Sequence record: LT960552.1
Reading direction: 5' to 3' (one strand)
Length of the DNA stretch: 64,000 bases
Under the pieces are notes generated by a model, which saw only the letters and a list, made by a program, of their open reading frames with translations, was not told the DNA's origin and made no database searches. The stretch's first letter is position 1; every line of letters begins with the position of its first letter. Shown here in pieces: positions 46,538 to 55,898 of the stretch. A program made the position numbers and the translations under genes.

Positions 46538-46825
46538 ATGACTAAACAACTAATTCGGGGGAGTGAACTTCCCCTTAATTCAGAAGTACTTAGTACTTCT
46601 GAGTTTATTACTGTAGCACTTGACCAAATTTCAAGTACTGCATTGGCAGTAAAGGGTTCCGATGAAGCTGAGCCAGTTCTTACAGCTATGTCAGATATTT
46701 TAGAATTAATGTGCAGTTTGTTAAAAGCAAAAAATATTGCACCAGAATTTTTATTTGAACATGCAGAAGTACTACGAAATACAGAAGGAACTTTCGAACC
46801 GAAAGTAGCAGTAACTAAGGAGTAA
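46538..46825 (+). CDS. hypothetical; possible degenerate MazG-like protein
   Basis: SDILEL..LL...I....L...R..EG.F. Confidence 0.4.
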   Translation: MTKQLIRGSELPLNSEVLSTSEFITVALDQISSTALAVKGSDEAEPVLTAMSDILELMCSLLKAKNIAPEFLFEHAEVLRNTEGTFEPKVAVTKE

Positions 46826-46829
46826 TACA

Positions 46830-47276
46830 ATGGCTAATAATGATCAATACAAACTAGGGTATAGTTACTTTCAAGAAAGTACTGAGTTACTATCTCCTGA
46901 GCAATTAAAACAAATGCATCCACTATATCGTCGTGGATATAGAACTGCACAAGAAGATTTGATGAAAAAAACTCATAAAAACTTCCCAACAGTTCTAAGT
47001 GATATACCTCGTATTCCAGTTGCATTTGTTCCTGAATATTCTGATATTTTAGCGGCAACTCGTCGCCCTCGTATGAATAAGTTACATCTTCCACAAATGG
47101 AGCCAGTACTTAATTTACTAATTACCTCTGTTGAAAAGAAAAAAGATCAAATTAAGCGTTATGCTGATGTTGTTCGATTGGTTGATGAAGGATTTGATGT
47201 AATTCTACAGTACGGTTATAATTGTGGGATTTTAACTGAATACGATTTATCACAATATAATTACGAACCAAAATAA
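46830..47276 (+). CDS. hypothetical protein
   Basis: AGGAG RBS. Confidence 0.8.
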   Translation: MANNDQYKLGYSYFQESTELLSPEQLKQMHPLYRRGYRTAQEDLMKKTHKNFPTVLSDIPRIPVAFVPEYSDILAATRRPRMNKLHLPQMEPVLNLLITSVEKKKDQIKRYADVVRLVDEGFDVILQYGYNCGILTEYDLSQYNYEPK

Positions 47277-47323
47277 CTAATCTAGGCCACTTAATTGTGG
47301 CCTTATACATTTTAGGATTCATC

Positions 47324-47887
47324 ATGAGATTAAAGGCATTCACTTCAGAAGAAACTGATAAACTATTAGAAGATATTGAATTCATTGCAACTAATGCATA
47401 TACTATTAATAAAAAAGCAGTAATTATATTAGAACTAAAACATATCCAGTACTTGGAACATTTTAAATGGACTTTTTTTCAATGGAATCCATATACTCAA
47501 TCAGAGTTTATTAAATCGTTGTACACATATAATTCTTATATTATAGAAAATATTCCAGATGACGGATTTAGTAGAAGTGTTTTTGAAGAGCATTTTATGA
47601 GTGAATACGGTAAATTTTACCGTGGAGAAACTTTCCATTTTCGTTTATATCAACATCAATTGGAAAAATATGGAGTCCCACTAATTACTGATGAAGAATT
47701 GGAAACTATTAAGATTGCATCGACACTAACTAGTTTTATGTACAATTATGAATTCAGAAAAACATACACCATATTAGTAAATTATGCACATAGACCATTT
47801 GAATTTGATGAAAAAGATATTGTGTGGATAGAATTGATTAATAGATATAAAAATGTAGTGGAGAAACATTTATGCAATATAAATTAA
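47324..47887 (+). CDS. hypothetical, tandem paralog 1
   Basis: C-terminal PFEFDEKDIVW; start refined. Confidence 0.7.
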   Translation: MRLKAFTSEETDKLLEDIEFIATNAYTINKKAVIILELKHIQYLEHFKWTFFQWNPYTQSEFIKSLYTYNSYIIENIPDDGFSRSVFEEHFMSEYGKFYRGETFHFRLYQHQLEKYGVPLITDEELETIKIASTLTSFMYNYEFRKTYTILVNYAHRPFEFDEKDIVWIELINRYKNVVEKHLCNIN

Positions 47888-48396
47888 CCGAAGAACAAAG
47901 TGCAGATTTATTACTTCAATTAGAAAATTATATTCCTATCATTTATAAAATTAATGAAGTAGCATATGAATTTATGATGAAGTACTATAAAACTTATATA
48001 TCTAATGGACAATATTTTTTTAGTCCTATGAATGAAAAAAAATTCTTTAGAAAGATGGGTTCTGGTTCTGAAATATTTGGTGTATATAATGATGAAATAC
48101 CTTTAGTACGTGCAAGTACTAACTATATGGGATTCAATACAAAATTTCTACGAAAGCATGGAATAATTATCGAACCAATTAATGGGGAATTAATTTTTGA
48201 AGCAACTGGATGTCCAAGTATAGAGTATTCAAAAACAGTTTATGATGTTACTCAACTATTACAGTTTTTAACTGAATATAGTAATGTACCATTTACATTA
48301 GGAACTGAAGAATTGAAATTATACGAACGTGTTAAAAATGTAAATAATAAACGAATTCAAACTTTGATTAATGTGGGGATTACATATGATATATAA
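47872..48396 (+). CDS. hypothetical, tandem paralog 2
   Basis: C-terminal PFTLGTEELKLY. Confidence 0.7.
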   Translation: MQYKLTEEQSADLLLQLENYIPIIYKINEVAYEFMMKYYKTYISNGQYFFSPMNEKKFFRKMGSGSEIFGVYNDEIPLVRASTNYMGFNTKFLRKHGIIIEPINGELIFEATGCPSIEYSKTVYDVTQLLQFLTEYSNVPFTLGTEELKLYERVKNVNNKRIQTLINVGITYDI

Positions 48397-48874
48397 GGAA
48401 TTAACACAAAATCAAACTAATATTTGGATAAAGAATATCAATAAAAGTATAGAACTAAATGAATTTTTATTGGAAAAAATTAGAAATCGTTATAACTTTA
48501 TGAATGATGAATATAACGAAAAATATTTAACTGGTTGGACTAGATTTTTTTTTGAAAAAACCTGTTATGCATCACCATATAATGGATATATATATGAATA
48601 TGGTCATGGTATTTTTAAATTAAGAAATATGACGCCATTTACAAATGAAGAATTGTTGTTAGATTATCATTCCACCTTATATTTTGAAAAATGGAAAAGA
48701 AAATTAGCTTTAACACAAGAACGCTGGCTTAAATATGCTGACCAGCCATTTAAAATAGATGAAAATGATGTTATCTTTTATCAAGAATTGATAGAATTTC
48801 ATTATAAGTCAATTGTAATTATAAAAAACTTAGGAATAGATAATGAAAAATTCAACTTGGATGAAGATTGCTAA
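48371..48874 (+). CDS. hypothetical, tandem paralog 3
   Basis: C-terminal PFKIDENDVIFY. Confidence 0.7.
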   Translation: MWGLHMIYKELTQNQTNIWIKNINKSIELNEFLLEKIRNRYNFMNDEYNEKYLTGWTRFFFEKTCYASPYNGYIYEYGHGIFKLRNMTPFTNEELLLDYHSTLYFEKWKRKLALTQERWLKYADQPFKIDENDVIFYQELIEFHYKSIVIIKNLGIDNEKFNLDEDC

Positions 48875-49319
48875 AATTGTAGCAGAAGAAAGTAAATGTA
48901 TTTCACAACATGTTGGTGCCGTTATTGTAAAAAATGACCGTATTGTCAGTACTGGATATAATGGTACTCCATCTAAACAACAAAATTGTTGTGATGCAAA
49001 TTCACATTTAGTTAATAATGGTTATCAGGATTGGATTTCGGATGAAGCACGTCATGAACATCATTTATGGAGTCAACTACATGAGTTACATGCAGAGCAT
49101 AATGCACTCTTATTTGCAAATCCTCTTGACAGAGAAGGAGCAACATTGTATTGTACCTTACAGCCATGTTTCGTGTGTTCATTGTTAATTGCTGGTTCTG
49201 GCATTAAGAGAGTGATTTATGAAACTGAATATCATAGAACACCAAAAGAAGCTCTTGACGTTTTGAAAAATGCTGGTATAATTGTTGAAAGACTATCGGA
49301 CATTGAGGAAGAAAAATGA
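48843..49319 (+). CDS. cd: dCMP deaminase
   Basis: VGAVIV, TGYNGTP, HAEHNAL, PCFVC. Confidence 0.93.
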   Translation: MKNSTWMKIAKIVAEESKCISQHVGAVIVKNDRIVSTGYNGTPSKQQNCCDANSHLVNNGYQDWISDEARHEHHLWSQLHELHAEHNALLFANPLDREGATLYCTLQPCFVCSLLIAGSGIKRVIYETEYHRTPKEALDVLKNAGIIVERLSDIEEEK

Positions 49320-49588
49320 AAATGCTAGTTGTTATTGTACTTGCTATTATTTTATTGGTTGCGTTAATTGCAATTTTCAAATCATTACTTGATATAAAAA
49401 CTAATGAAACTAATAGTAAAAAGAACACTCGTAACTATAAAGTACGCTTTGATGCCGCAGCAGAAAAGTACTATATTGTTAATGAATTACAAACACATGA
49501 TGAGCCAGTAGTTAATTGGACTGGTCGACGAGTTATGTATAAAGAAAAGCCTAAAGCAGAATTTGTAACTGAAAAATTAAATTCGTAA
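49316..49588 (+). CDS. membrane-anchored hypothetical protein
   Basis: N-terminal TM. Confidence 0.75.
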   Translation: MKMLVVIVLAIILLVALIAIFKSLLDIKTNETNSKKNTRNYKVRFDAAAEKYYIVNELQTHDEPVVNWTGRRVMYKEKPKAEFVTEKLNS

Positions 49589-49594
49589 AATCAT

Positions 49595-49622
49595 AAAAAA
49601 GGAGCCAATTGGCTCCTTTTTT
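49595..49622. terminator. bidirectional intrinsic terminator
   Basis: perfect palindrome AAAAAAGGAGCC-AATT-GGCTCCTTTTTT between convergent genes. Confidence 0.85.
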
Positions 49623-49635
49623 GTTATATAAAATA

Positions 49636-50541
49636 TTAAGCAGTAACAGTAACTTGAACAGTTCTAGACCATGCAGAACCTTCAGAAATAGTTAAAGTTG
49701 CATTACCGGCGGCAACACCAGTGATGACAGCAGACGTACCACTACCAGAAACGGTGAATATTAATGGATCTGAACTAACGAATGAAGCTTCCATTGGATA
49801 CCCTTCACCATTTTTTGAACCAGAAACTGATATATTTGCTGTTCCAGAAACTGCAACTGTTGCAGGATTTGGAGTAATATCAATTACATATACATCACTT
49901 ACAGTTATAACACTCGTATCGGTATGTGAACCATCTACAGTACTTGCAGTTATTGTCGCAGAACCACGTAGTAATGCAGAAACTAATCCGCTAGCACTTA
50001 CTGATGCAATAGTAGGTGCAGATGATGTCCATCCTACTGATTTATTAGTAGCATTTACTGGATCAATAACAGCCGATAGCTGTTGAGTTTGTCCTACATT
50101 TAGTGCAGCAGTTGCAGGAGTAACACTAACACCAATAACTGATACTGGATCTTCACCTTGTCCTTGATAATTATTCAAGAATAAAGTACTACCATCTTGT
50201 AAAATAACTTTATTTAGAAGTAAGCGGATTGCAAATCCAACTACTACATCTGACGTATTTTTAATACTAATGCAGAAAGTTCCATTAGCTAATTTATCTG
50301 CGATTTCCGCACCTGTATCAGCAACATCTAGATCTGCTCCGGTTTTATCTACACCGGTAATTTGTACGAAAGGATAAACGGTTGCACCGTCAGCAGAAAG
50401 CAAATCAAACATATTGATTGAACGTTGCTTACTGATTCGTATATTTGTTAACTTAGTACCATCTTCAAGCACAGCAGCATCAATATTGATACCATCTACA
50501 CCGAATGGTGACTTGTTACGACCAGCAATTGGTTTTCCCAT
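49636..50541 (-). CDS. virion protein with bacterial Ig-like (Big_2) domains
   Basis: ATG reads on the minus strand at 50541 (AAGGAG RBS), TAA at 49636; VSVTP...L.VG.T.QL.A...P.NAT.K.V.W.SS; the track's + label is wrong. Confidence 0.85.
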   Translation of the reverse strand: MGKPIAGRNKSPFGVDGINIDAAVLEDGTKLTNIRISKQRSINMFDLLSADGATVYPFVQITGVDKTGADLDVADTGAEIADKLANGTFCISIKNTSDVVVGFAIRLLLNKVILQDGSTLFLNNYQGQGEDPVSVIGVSVTPATAALNVGQTQQLSAVIDPVNATNKSVGWTSSAPTIASVSASGLVSALLRGSATITASTVDGSHTDTSVITVSDVYVIDITPNPATVAVSGTANISVSGSKNGEGYPMEASFVSSDPLIFTVSGSGTSAVITGVAAGNATLTISEGSAWSRTVQVTVTA

Positions 50542-50582
50542 AATTAAAATCTCCTTAAAGGATTATACTTTATAACTATTTA

Positions 50583-51620
50583 TTACAAATATGTCGCATC
50601 AAGCATTACTTTAAGTTCTAAAACATCTCCAGTAATTAAATGTTTAGCGACAATTGTACCAACAAATAATCCAGTTGGTATTCTTCCTGGTGGTGGGTTT
50701 TGTTCTAAGAAATTATTTAGATAAAATTTATAACGTTGAATATTTTGAGCTACTGTTAATCCTGGAGTAACTGCATTATCTTTAATATTACGACCAAAGC
50801 GATAATCAATAAATGCTAAAGTCCCATCACGTACTTCCAAGTGCCAAGAAATATTATCTGCTGTCATTTGACCATCTGGATTTCCATAAAAAGTCATAGT
50901 AACATCATATAAATCTGTAATTCTACCAATAAATTCACTTGAGAGAATACCAATACTAAAAGGAATAGTAAATTCTTGTCCTTTAGTTGCATCCAATTTA
51001 ATAGTATAAGTACTATCAACTGGAACAACGACTGAGTTGTATGATCCTGTTCCAGCAGGTTGCCATAAACGAGCAGCCATTGCTAATTGAATGATCCCAT
51101 CAGTCGCAGTAACCATTGAAGCAGCCGAGTTTCCATTACCTATTAAAAGTGTATTTGGACTTGACGCTTTTACAAAAGCAGCCTTCTCACCATTCGGAAC
51201 ATAAACAGGTGCAGATGGTTCAGGTGAAGGTGCATAAAAAATATTATAATTTGGCACAAAGAACGTTTCAGAATTTGACATATGAACTAAATTATTGTAT
51301 AATTTTGTACAATACCCAACAGTATCATCATCTTCATTGAGAACTCGTATGAAAAATGAACCTGTTGGTATTGCAGCAAGTGCATCATCATCATCTAAAG
51401 TCGGGTCTAAAATAACACCAGTACTGGTAGTACCAGTAATTGATACTTTACGGTGAATAGCTAAATTACTTACATCAATTAAGTCGAAGCGTGTACTTGA
51501 ACGTTGTTTAAGAATTCTTAAATTTTTAATAAGTGTACCGTTCTGTAGCTTAGCTCCATGAACGATGATCCCCGTTGTGCCAAACGGTAATCTATATACA
51601 CCAGCAATAGGTTTACCCAT
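50583..51620 (-). CDS. virion-type protein sharing the N-terminal MGKPIAG domain with its neighbour
   Basis: minus-strand ATG at 51620, AGGAG RBS; the track's + label is wrong. Confidence 0.85.
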   Translation of the reverse strand: MGKPIAGVYRLPFGTTGIIVHGAKLQNGTLIKNLRILKQRSSTRFDLIDVSNLAIHRKVSITGTTSTGVILDPTLDDDDALAAIPTGSFFIRVLNEDDDTVGYCTKLYNNLVHMSNSETFFVPNYNIFYAPSPEPSAPVYVPNGEKAAFVKASSPNTLLIGNGNSAASMVTATDGIIQLAMAARLWQPAGTGSYNSVVVPVDSTYTIKLDATKGQEFTIPFSIGILSSEFIGRITDLYDVTMTFYGNPDGQMTADNISWHLEVRDGTLAFIDYRFGRNIKDNAVTPGLTVAQNIQRYKFYLNNFLEQNPPPGRIPTGLFVGTIVAKHLITGDVLELKVMLDATYL

Positions 51621-51787
51621 ATCAAATCTCCTATAAAAGTATGATATTTTTAATTATCATTCCAATTTTGTCTTGACACAGGAATGAACACGTGATACAT
51701 TGTATCTTGTACTGAGTTATTTATTTTAGGGTGTTTCTAAATGCATAATTTATATTCATTAAAAAAATGGAACATCAAAAAAAATTA

Positions 51788-51848
51788 TGTTATAATATAA
51801 GCATCAAAGCGTTGTAGCTTTGAATAATAGACTAAGGGAGTCTTAGAT
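51788..51848 (+). promoter_or_regulatory. TGtTATAAT promoter plus two-hairpin NAD-gene leader, copy 1
   Basis: TCAAAGC-GTTGTA-GCTTTGA ... CTAAG-GGAGT-CTTAG-ATATG. Confidence 0.7.
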
Positions 51849-52922
51849 ATGAAAAATGAAAAAGTATATGTATATATTGGTCGTTTTCAAATGGCACATT
51901 CAGGCCATGAACAAACAATTAAACATGCGTTAGAAAATTCAGACCGTTTGGTAATTCTTGTTGGTTCATCTGACCTTGCACGTGATCCTAAAAATCCGTT
52001 CACGTTCGATGAACGCAATCAGGTACTGGATGCTATGAGTACTCGTTTAGCACAAGAAGAATGGGCTAAAGGGCGTTCGGTTAAGATTAATATCTTACCA
52101 ATCCACGATTACGTTTATAACAACAGCAAATGGTTAATGGAAGTACATGAACAAGTCAAATCAGTAACATCAAGTACTGATATTACTATTACTGGCTGTC
52201 AGAAAGAAGCAGATGAAAGTACTTTCTATTTGAATTTCTTCCCACAGTGGAAACCAGATTTCATTCCAGAGCATAAAATTTCTGAAGGTAATTATACTGT
52301 AAACAGTACTGAAATTCGTAATCAATTCTTCAGTACTAAACAAGTTCCTACAAGTCTTCCAGAAGAAACAAAAGAGTTTCTTGCGAAATTTATGCATACT
52401 AAACCAATGGTATTCGATAATTTAATTGGTGAATTCAATTTCATTAATCGTTATCGTTCAGAAATGATTGAAAAATTACCATTTAAAACTATACCATTTA
52501 TTACTGGCGATGCATTGGTAATTTGTGCTGGTCATGTACTATTGGTTAAACGTAGGACTTTCCCAGGAAAAGGTCTATATGCACTTCCTGGTGGTTTCTT
52601 CGATTCTGAACAAGATGGAACTCAAATTGATTCCGCTATTCGTGAATTAAAAGAAGAAACTAAGATTGATGTCCCATTAAAAGTACTTTATGGTTCTATT
52701 CGGGAAAGTATGGAATTCGGGGATAAACACCGTTCTCTACGTTGGCGTATTATTACCAAATGTGCTTATATCCAATTACAAGACAGTACTTTACCAAAAG
52801 TAAAAGGTGCTGATGATGCGGAAAAAGCATTTTGGATGCCTCTTGGTGAATTAGTTAATAATCGTGATAAATTCTTTGAAGACCATTTAAGTATTATTGA
52901 TACTTTCTTAGGTATTTTATAA
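51849..52922 (+). CDS. bifunctional NMN adenylyltransferase / Nudix ADP-ribose pyrophosphatase (NadM-Nudix, NatV-like)
   Basis: IGRFQ..H.GH, NP F..ER, NSTEIR; Nudix box GG......AIRELKEET. Confidence 0.92.
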   Translation: MKNEKVYVYIGRFQMAHSGHEQTIKHALENSDRLVILVGSSDLARDPKNPFTFDERNQVLDAMSTRLAQEEWAKGRSVKINILPIHDYVYNNSKWLMEVHEQVKSVTSSTDITITGCQKEADESTFYLNFFPQWKPDFIPEHKISEGNYTVNSTEIRNQFFSTKQVPTSLPEETKEFLAKFMHTKPMVFDNLIGEFNFINRYRSEMIEKLPFKTIPFITGDALVICAGHVLLVKRRTFPGKGLYALPGGFFDSEQDGTQIDSAIRELKEETKIDVPLKVLYGSIRESMEFGDKHRSLRWRIITKCAYIQLQDSTLPKVKGADDAEKAFWMPLGELVNNRDKFFEDHLSIIDTFLGIL

Positions 52923-52970
52923 TAATATTGGAGTACACTATATAGTACTCCATTTTAAGCGAGTGAACAT

Positions 52971-53489
52971 ATGTTATATTGCCAACCAAATAGTTTTTAT
53001 GATGAAATGCTATATATTTCTAAAGCTAATGATAAATTTTTAAAGAAGTTATCATTGCCACAATATAATATTTCAAATTCTATATTAATGATAGAACCAA
53101 TAAGTTATATTATTAAAATAGTACTCAATGAACCTAATTTTAGTGGTACTGGAAATATAATTGCATTACGAACTTTCGGAGTTAATAACTCATTAACAAT
53201 GACTGCCGATTGCACTTATATGAGTGTATATTACGCAATAGTTGTTAATGGAACATTATTGATTTCCAAAGGATCTATATCAGATGTTTATATGAATAAT
53301 GATGGTGATACAATATATACCACATCAGATGGATATGGTGATGAATATCATTATAGTATTCAAGATATAGCTAATGCTGGAAATGATTTATATGCGTTGT
53401 ATGCATATGTATATTATAATGATAATATATTTCGACCAGATAATTTATTAGCAAAAATTCCAGTAATTTTATTAAAGAATTTGGTATAA
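52971..53489 (+). CDS. hypothetical protein
   Basis: ORF between the NAD genes. Confidence 0.7.
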   Translation: MLYCQPNSFYDEMLYISKANDKFLKKLSLPQYNISNSILMIEPISYIIKIVLNEPNFSGTGNIIALRTFGVNNSLTMTADCTYMSVYYAIVVNGTLLISKGSISDVYMNNDGDTIYTTSDGYGDEYHYSIQDIANAGNDLYALYAYVYYNDNIFRPDNLLAKIPVILLKNLV

Positions 53490-53501
53490 GCCAAAATAAC
53501 C

Positions 53502-53544
53502 GAAAGCGTGTAGCTTTCACACCTATACTAAGGGAGTCTTAGAT
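53502..53544 (+). promoter_or_regulatory. two-hairpin NAD-gene leader, copy 2
   Basis: GAAAGC-GTGTA-GCTTTC ... CTAAG-GGAGT-CTTAG-ATATG. Confidence 0.7.
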
Positions 53545-55023
53545 ATGAAAAATTTAAAAGTAAACTTTATTCTTAATGTTGATTCATACAAAACTGGTCA
53601 CGGTTTTATGATGAAAGATGGCGTTGTAGCACTCGAATCAAACATAATTGCCCGTAAACCATCCAAATTTGCTACTCATGTAGTGATGATGGGTATTCAG
53701 TACTATCTACAAGAGTATTTGGATATTAATATTACTGTAGATGATATCAACGAAGCAGAACATGAAACTAGTCAACGTGGTGATGACTTTGACCGCGAAT
53801 TTTGGGAACATATTGTAGAAGTACATGGTGGTAAAATTCCATTACATATTCGTGCTATTCCTGAAGGTACGTTGGTTCCTGTTGGTTGTCCTTTGGTACG
53901 TACATTTAGTACTGATGAACGTGTGGCAGTAATTGAAAGTTACATTGAAACTCAGTTACAACGTGCAATTTGGTTCCCAACAACTGTGGCAAGTAATGCT
54001 CGTAGCATTAAAGAATTTTTAGCAGATACAATGGAACGTCATGCAGGTCATCGTTTTGTAGATTATCATCTTCATAACTTTGGTGATCGTGGTGCATCAA
54101 GTTACGAATCAGCCATGATTGCTGGTATGGCACATGCAACTGTTTTTAATGGTTCTGACTGTTTATCTGCTAATCGGTTCATTAAATATTACTATAATAC
54201 TGACAAAGCATATTTGACCAGTGTCACTGCTAGTGAACATAGTGCAACTTGTTCAAACTCAGACGCAGACAAACGCGACGACTTTAATATGGCGTTGAAG
54301 ATGGTTCGTTTGTGGGAGAAAAAAGTTGATCGGTTCATTGCAAATGGTTCTGTTGGTGTTCCACCAATTGTATCAATAGTTATTGATACTTATGATGCAT
54401 ATCGTTTTGTTCGTGAATTTATTGGTACACGTTTAAAAGATATGATTATTGAAATTGCAAAACGTTGCCCTGGTGCTAAACTTGTTATGCGTCCAGATAG
54501 TGGTGATCCAACAACCATGCCAATTGAAATCATTGAACTTCTGATGGAAAAATTTGGCAGTACTGTAAATGGTTATGGGTACAAAGTACTTCCACCATTT
54601 ATTGGTGTAATTCAAGGTGATGGTATTAATGAAACTAGTATTCGTCAAATTGTTTCTAATCTTGATGATAAAAAACTTTGCATTGAAAATATAGTTTTTG
54701 GTATGGGTGGTAAATTAGTTCATCCTGCTGATGGTCGCGATACTTTTTCTTTTGCAATGAAAGGATCTGCACAAAAACTTGAAGATGCTACTTGGGAAGA
54801 TTTATTCAAAGATCCAATTACTGATGTAGGTAAACGTTCTTTGCGTGGTCGTGTAACAACTTATGAATGCACTAATACTCATAAAATTATTGCAGAACGT
54901 ATAGAATTACAAGAAATCAATCCATTCTTACGAGATATGATGGTTGATATGTATATTGATGGTGTTATCATGAATCTCTGTTCTTTTGATGAAGTTCGTG
55001 AACGTGCCAACAAAGGGTTATAA
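53545..55023 (+). CDS. nadV: nicotinamide phosphoribosyltransferase
   Basis: DSYK..H, LH.FG.RG, SEHS, DTYD, RPDSGD, QGDG, FGMGG. Confidence 0.93.
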   Translation: MKNLKVNFILNVDSYKTGHGFMMKDGVVALESNIIARKPSKFATHVVMMGIQYYLQEYLDINITVDDINEAEHETSQRGDDFDREFWEHIVEVHGGKIPLHIRAIPEGTLVPVGCPLVRTFSTDERVAVIESYIETQLQRAIWFPTTVASNARSIKEFLADTMERHAGHRFVDYHLHNFGDRGASSYESAMIAGMAHATVFNGSDCLSANRFIKYYYNTDKAYLTSVTASEHSATCSNSDADKRDDFNMALKMVRLWEKKVDRFIANGSVGVPPIVSIVIDTYDAYRFVREFIGTRLKDMIIEIAKRCPGAKLVMRPDSGDPTTMPIEIIELLMEKFGSTVNGYGYKVLPPFIGVIQGDGINETSIRQIVSNLDDKKLCIENIVFGMGGKLVHPADGRDTFSFAMKGSAQKLEDATWEDLFKDPITDVGKRSLRGRVTTYECTNTHKIIAERIELQEINPFLRDMMVDMYIDGVIMNLCSFDEVRERANKGL

Positions 55024-55065
55024 TATTTTAGGGGGCGTTTTGCCCCCTTATTTTTAAGGTTTAAT

Positions 55066-55299
55066 ATGATCGAAATTTTAAAAAATGTTGCATTATCAAT
55101 TGCCGTAGTTGGCTTTGGATTATCCGTAATGTTTCCATTTTTAGTACAAGCATATGCAATGACAGGGTTAGGTATGTTAGTAAGAACCACAACAATAAAA
55201 GAAAAAATAAGTAAAATGTTATTATTATTAATGTCAGTGATTGCGACTATATTAGTTATTGCATATTTTATTATTACATTACATTATATTTGGAGATAG
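55066..55299 (+). CDS. membrane protein
   Basis: hydrophobic segments. Confidence 0.7.
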   Translation: MIEILKNVALSIAVVGFGLSVMFPFLVQAYAMTGLGMLVRTTTIKEKISKMLLLLMSVIATILVIAYFIITLHYIWR

Positions 55300-55685
55300 T
55301 TATGGGTTCGTTTAATACAACATGTTCAATATCAAGATTACCAATTGGTATAGGTGATGAAGTAAAGTTATTCTTTATTGTTAAAAATCCTTATAATGAC
55401 AGTATTAATTGTTATACAAATAATAGTTGGAATATTTTTGGATTACCATTAGATGCTGTATATGATGATTATGGTCGATATAAATTAATTGAATATATTA
55501 CATTTTGTTCAGAGTTAATTAGAAAATATATTTTCGAGTGCAATATGCAACAATTAAATATACAAGTACAACCAATTATGACATCTGGACAAGACTATCA
55601 TTTTCAAACACATATACAGTTACATGAAATGATTGTCGAATTATCAAAAGAAAAACATAACGAACATGATAATTGGGATGAATAA
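55290..55685 (+). CDS. hypothetical phage protein
   Basis: MGSFNTTCSISRLPI..GD.V pattern. Confidence 0.7.
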   Translation: MEIVMGSFNTTCSISRLPIGIGDEVKLFFIVKNPYNDSINCYTNNSWNIFGLPLDAVYDDYGRYKLIEYITFCSELIRKYIFECNMQQLNIQVQPIMTSGQDYHFQTHIQLHEMIVELSKEKHNEHDNWDE

Positions 55686-55688
55686 AAT

Positions 55689-55889
55689 ATGAATATTTTT
55701 ATGGGAGTATTGACAGTAATAGTCTATTTGTTTATAGGGTATCTGGCATATCATGACCACAAACAAAAATTTAAAGAAGAACCACAAAAGAAAGTAAAAA
55801 GTATAATTTATGCAATAACAGCGGTGGTATTATATGCCCTTATTGGTTTTTTCTTAGCAGTACTTTTATACTTGATTTTAACAATGTAA
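55689..55889 (+). CDS. membrane protein
   Basis: two TM segments. Confidence 0.7.
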   Translation: MNIFMGVLTVIVYLFIGYLAYHDHKQKFKEEPQKKVKSIIYAITAVVLYALIGFFLAVLLYLILTM

Positions 55890-55898
55890 GGATATATA

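Noticed and set aside
49636-51620. + strand labels given in the ORF track
   Set aside because: The listed proteins are encoded by the reverse complement; the + strand shows TTA at the left ends and CAT at the right ends.
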